Source: Octopus bimaculoides
Lineage: Eukaryota
Direction: 5' to 3'
NCBI RefSeq assembly: GCF_001194135.2
Contig: NC_068987.1
Coordinates: 38,929,778-38,964,740, forward strand
DNA length: 34,963 nt
Position 1 is the stretch's first letter. Every line of letters starts with the position of its first letter. Shown here piece after piece: positions 33,300-34,963 of the stretch. The position numbers were made by a program, and so were the translations under genes. Below the pieces are notes generated by a model. It ran no database searches and was not told where the DNA came from. It saw only the letters and a list, made by a program, of their open reading frames with translations.

Positions 33300-34540
33300 A
33301 AAATAGAGATGACATAAGTATGTCCAATGTAAGAAGAGAGCTAAAGACATGGAAGACTGGGTATCAGTGAAGACGATGGTGCTAGAAAGGAAGGGACAAG
33401 TGCGGCTGCGTAGGCAAAAGCAAGAGAGGGACTCAACTTGAGTAATGAGAGTGAGGAAAGAACTATGAACCTATAAGTCGTGTAGATTGTTGGAAAGAGT
33501 AGGGTGGAGAATATGTGGGAGGATGCGTGCGGAAAGCACGTAAAATAGTGGATGGGGTCTGGACAATGAGGATGGAGGCGGTGCGGAAGGAGAAAATGAG
33601 TTCGTGAATAAGTGAGGAAACGACTTGTTGATGGTGATGCGTGAGGTCAGCGGATAGAGGACAATAGCGTAAGGTATCTTGAAGTTGGCAGAAGCGCTTC
33701 TTCCCAGTAGAGATCTACACAACACACAACCACAACTCCACCACTGCCATCCAGCTAGATAACGAGGTCCTGGCGGTATCGGAGACAGCGGAAGGATGAG
33801 AGTTAAGCTCGGCAGTTGTTAAGTTGTCGAAGGTGCCTACCGAAGTCGAACAGGTTTAGGGTGAAATGATAAGCACTTGCAAACTGCTCAGCTGAATGGA
33901 ACAGGCCAAGGGCATGGCGTCCATAGAGATGGCTGGCGTTCCAGGCTAGTGAAGTAGTTTGGTGCGCTAGATGCAGGTGAAGCATTATGAAAGAGAGCAT
34001 TCATCCTGACATGGCGCACAAAGTTTTGGACATCAACCTGGGCCCGAAAGTTGTTGCTGGACAAAATAAGGACTATGAAATGGAGAGCCCTACTAAGGAG
34101 AGAACGCTCAGCTTCAGAGAGACTCAGGAAGATTAGTAACAATAATGTGAAAAGGAGTAGTGAGAGTGGAGCTGAAGGAAAGCAGGTTAGGTGAGGAAGG
34201 GGTGGCGGTGGCAGGATTAGACGATGTGAGGAAAGAGGTGGTAGTAAGTGGGTAAGTGTCGTTGGTAGGGGTAGAGGGTGAGTGACAAACAGTAGAGGGG
34301 TGAGGTAAGAGTGGCAGTTGTTGGGGATGGAATGAACGCTGAGTGTAGTGGCGTTGGGTGGGACAGGGTGGAGAAATGATAGGAGCTCGAAGTGCTTCGT
34401 GCGAGCAAGAAAGCGGTTTTGATTAACTGTTGTATGGAATGGACAGCGAGGGAGGAGCAGCAGGAAAAAAAAACAGATAGAATAGGGAAGTGAGTAATGG
34501 TGGCCAGAAAGATTGTAACAGATAGTGGCACGCATACGGT
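33300..34540 (-). mobile_element. Decayed Penelope-like (Neptune/Poseidon-like) ORF, N-terminal region and start of RT
   Basis: LSLSEAERSLLSRALHF...NNFRAQVDVQNFVRHVRMNALFH...FTSLERQPSLWTP; FRCLRYRQDLVI*LDGSGGVVVV (cf. LRxLxxxxDIVIKPADKGGAVVV); CQLQDTLRYCPL..D.T..HQQVVSSLIHELI; a degenerate xTxDxxSL motif. Confidence 0.8.
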
Positions 34541-34544
34541 ATGG

Positions 34545-34611
<67 letters not shown>

Positions 34612-34612
34612 C

Positions 34613-34657
<45 letters not shown>

Positions 34658-34718
34658 CATACATACATACATACATACATNNNNNNNNNNNNNNNNNNNN
34701 NNNNNNNNNNNNNNNNNN

Positions 34719-34765
<47 letters not shown>
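34545..34765. repeat. (GATA)n/(CATA)n/(CA)n compound microsatellite with N gap
   Basis: Direct reading. Confidence 0.97.
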
Positions 34766-34767
<2 letters not shown>

Positions 34768-34963
34768 AGCTAAAGGTATTCTCAGTCATAAGACTAAGAT
34801 GTCTGCAAATAGAAAAAAATGTTCTAAATGAGATGAGAGATAGTGTATTCATCAAAGTTTCGTCTTTTCCCTGCTGGTATAATAAGGCGCTCATCAATTA
34901 ACTTAGTGATATGGCTAAATCATCAGTACAAACTTGTTGAGTACCTTTTTTGATTTGCGGGCA

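Noticed and set aside
5-34764. ORFs made of CVCV, YIYI, THTH, MYVC, LSIY, poly-L or poly-N
   Set aside because: These are translations of (GT)n, (TA)n, (CATA)n, (GATA)n and (TAT)n microsatellites, not genes.

Overview
AT-rich, microsatellite-dense animal genomic DNA from a draft assembly with 11 N-gaps. The SINE and LINE families look like Octopus (coleoid cephalopod); this is pattern recognition, not a database hit. No intact host gene is supported, and the ORF track is mostly microsatellite or N-gap artefact plus pieces of decayed transposon ORFs. The window is a transposon graveyard: three tRNA-head SINE families, two R2-superfamily Hero-like LINE remnants, two CR1/L2-group RT remnants, an L1/Tx1 3' end, a mariner transposase fragment, a TA-flanked MITE, a 594-bp foldback element, Helitron-like 3' ends and at least three Penelope-like (PLE) coding remnants. 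The most notable signal is RNA-level. Type I hammerhead ribozyme (HHR) motifs occur at four unrelated loci (about 2.4, 15.8, 21.8 and 31.2/31.6 kb), each beside or inside an inverted duplication. The best case is a ~360-bp non-coding, tandemly repeated HHR unit that folds back on itself (30945-31779), resembling a non-LTR retrozyme or non-autonomous PLE derivative. All structures were read by eye; boundaries of decayed elements are approximate.
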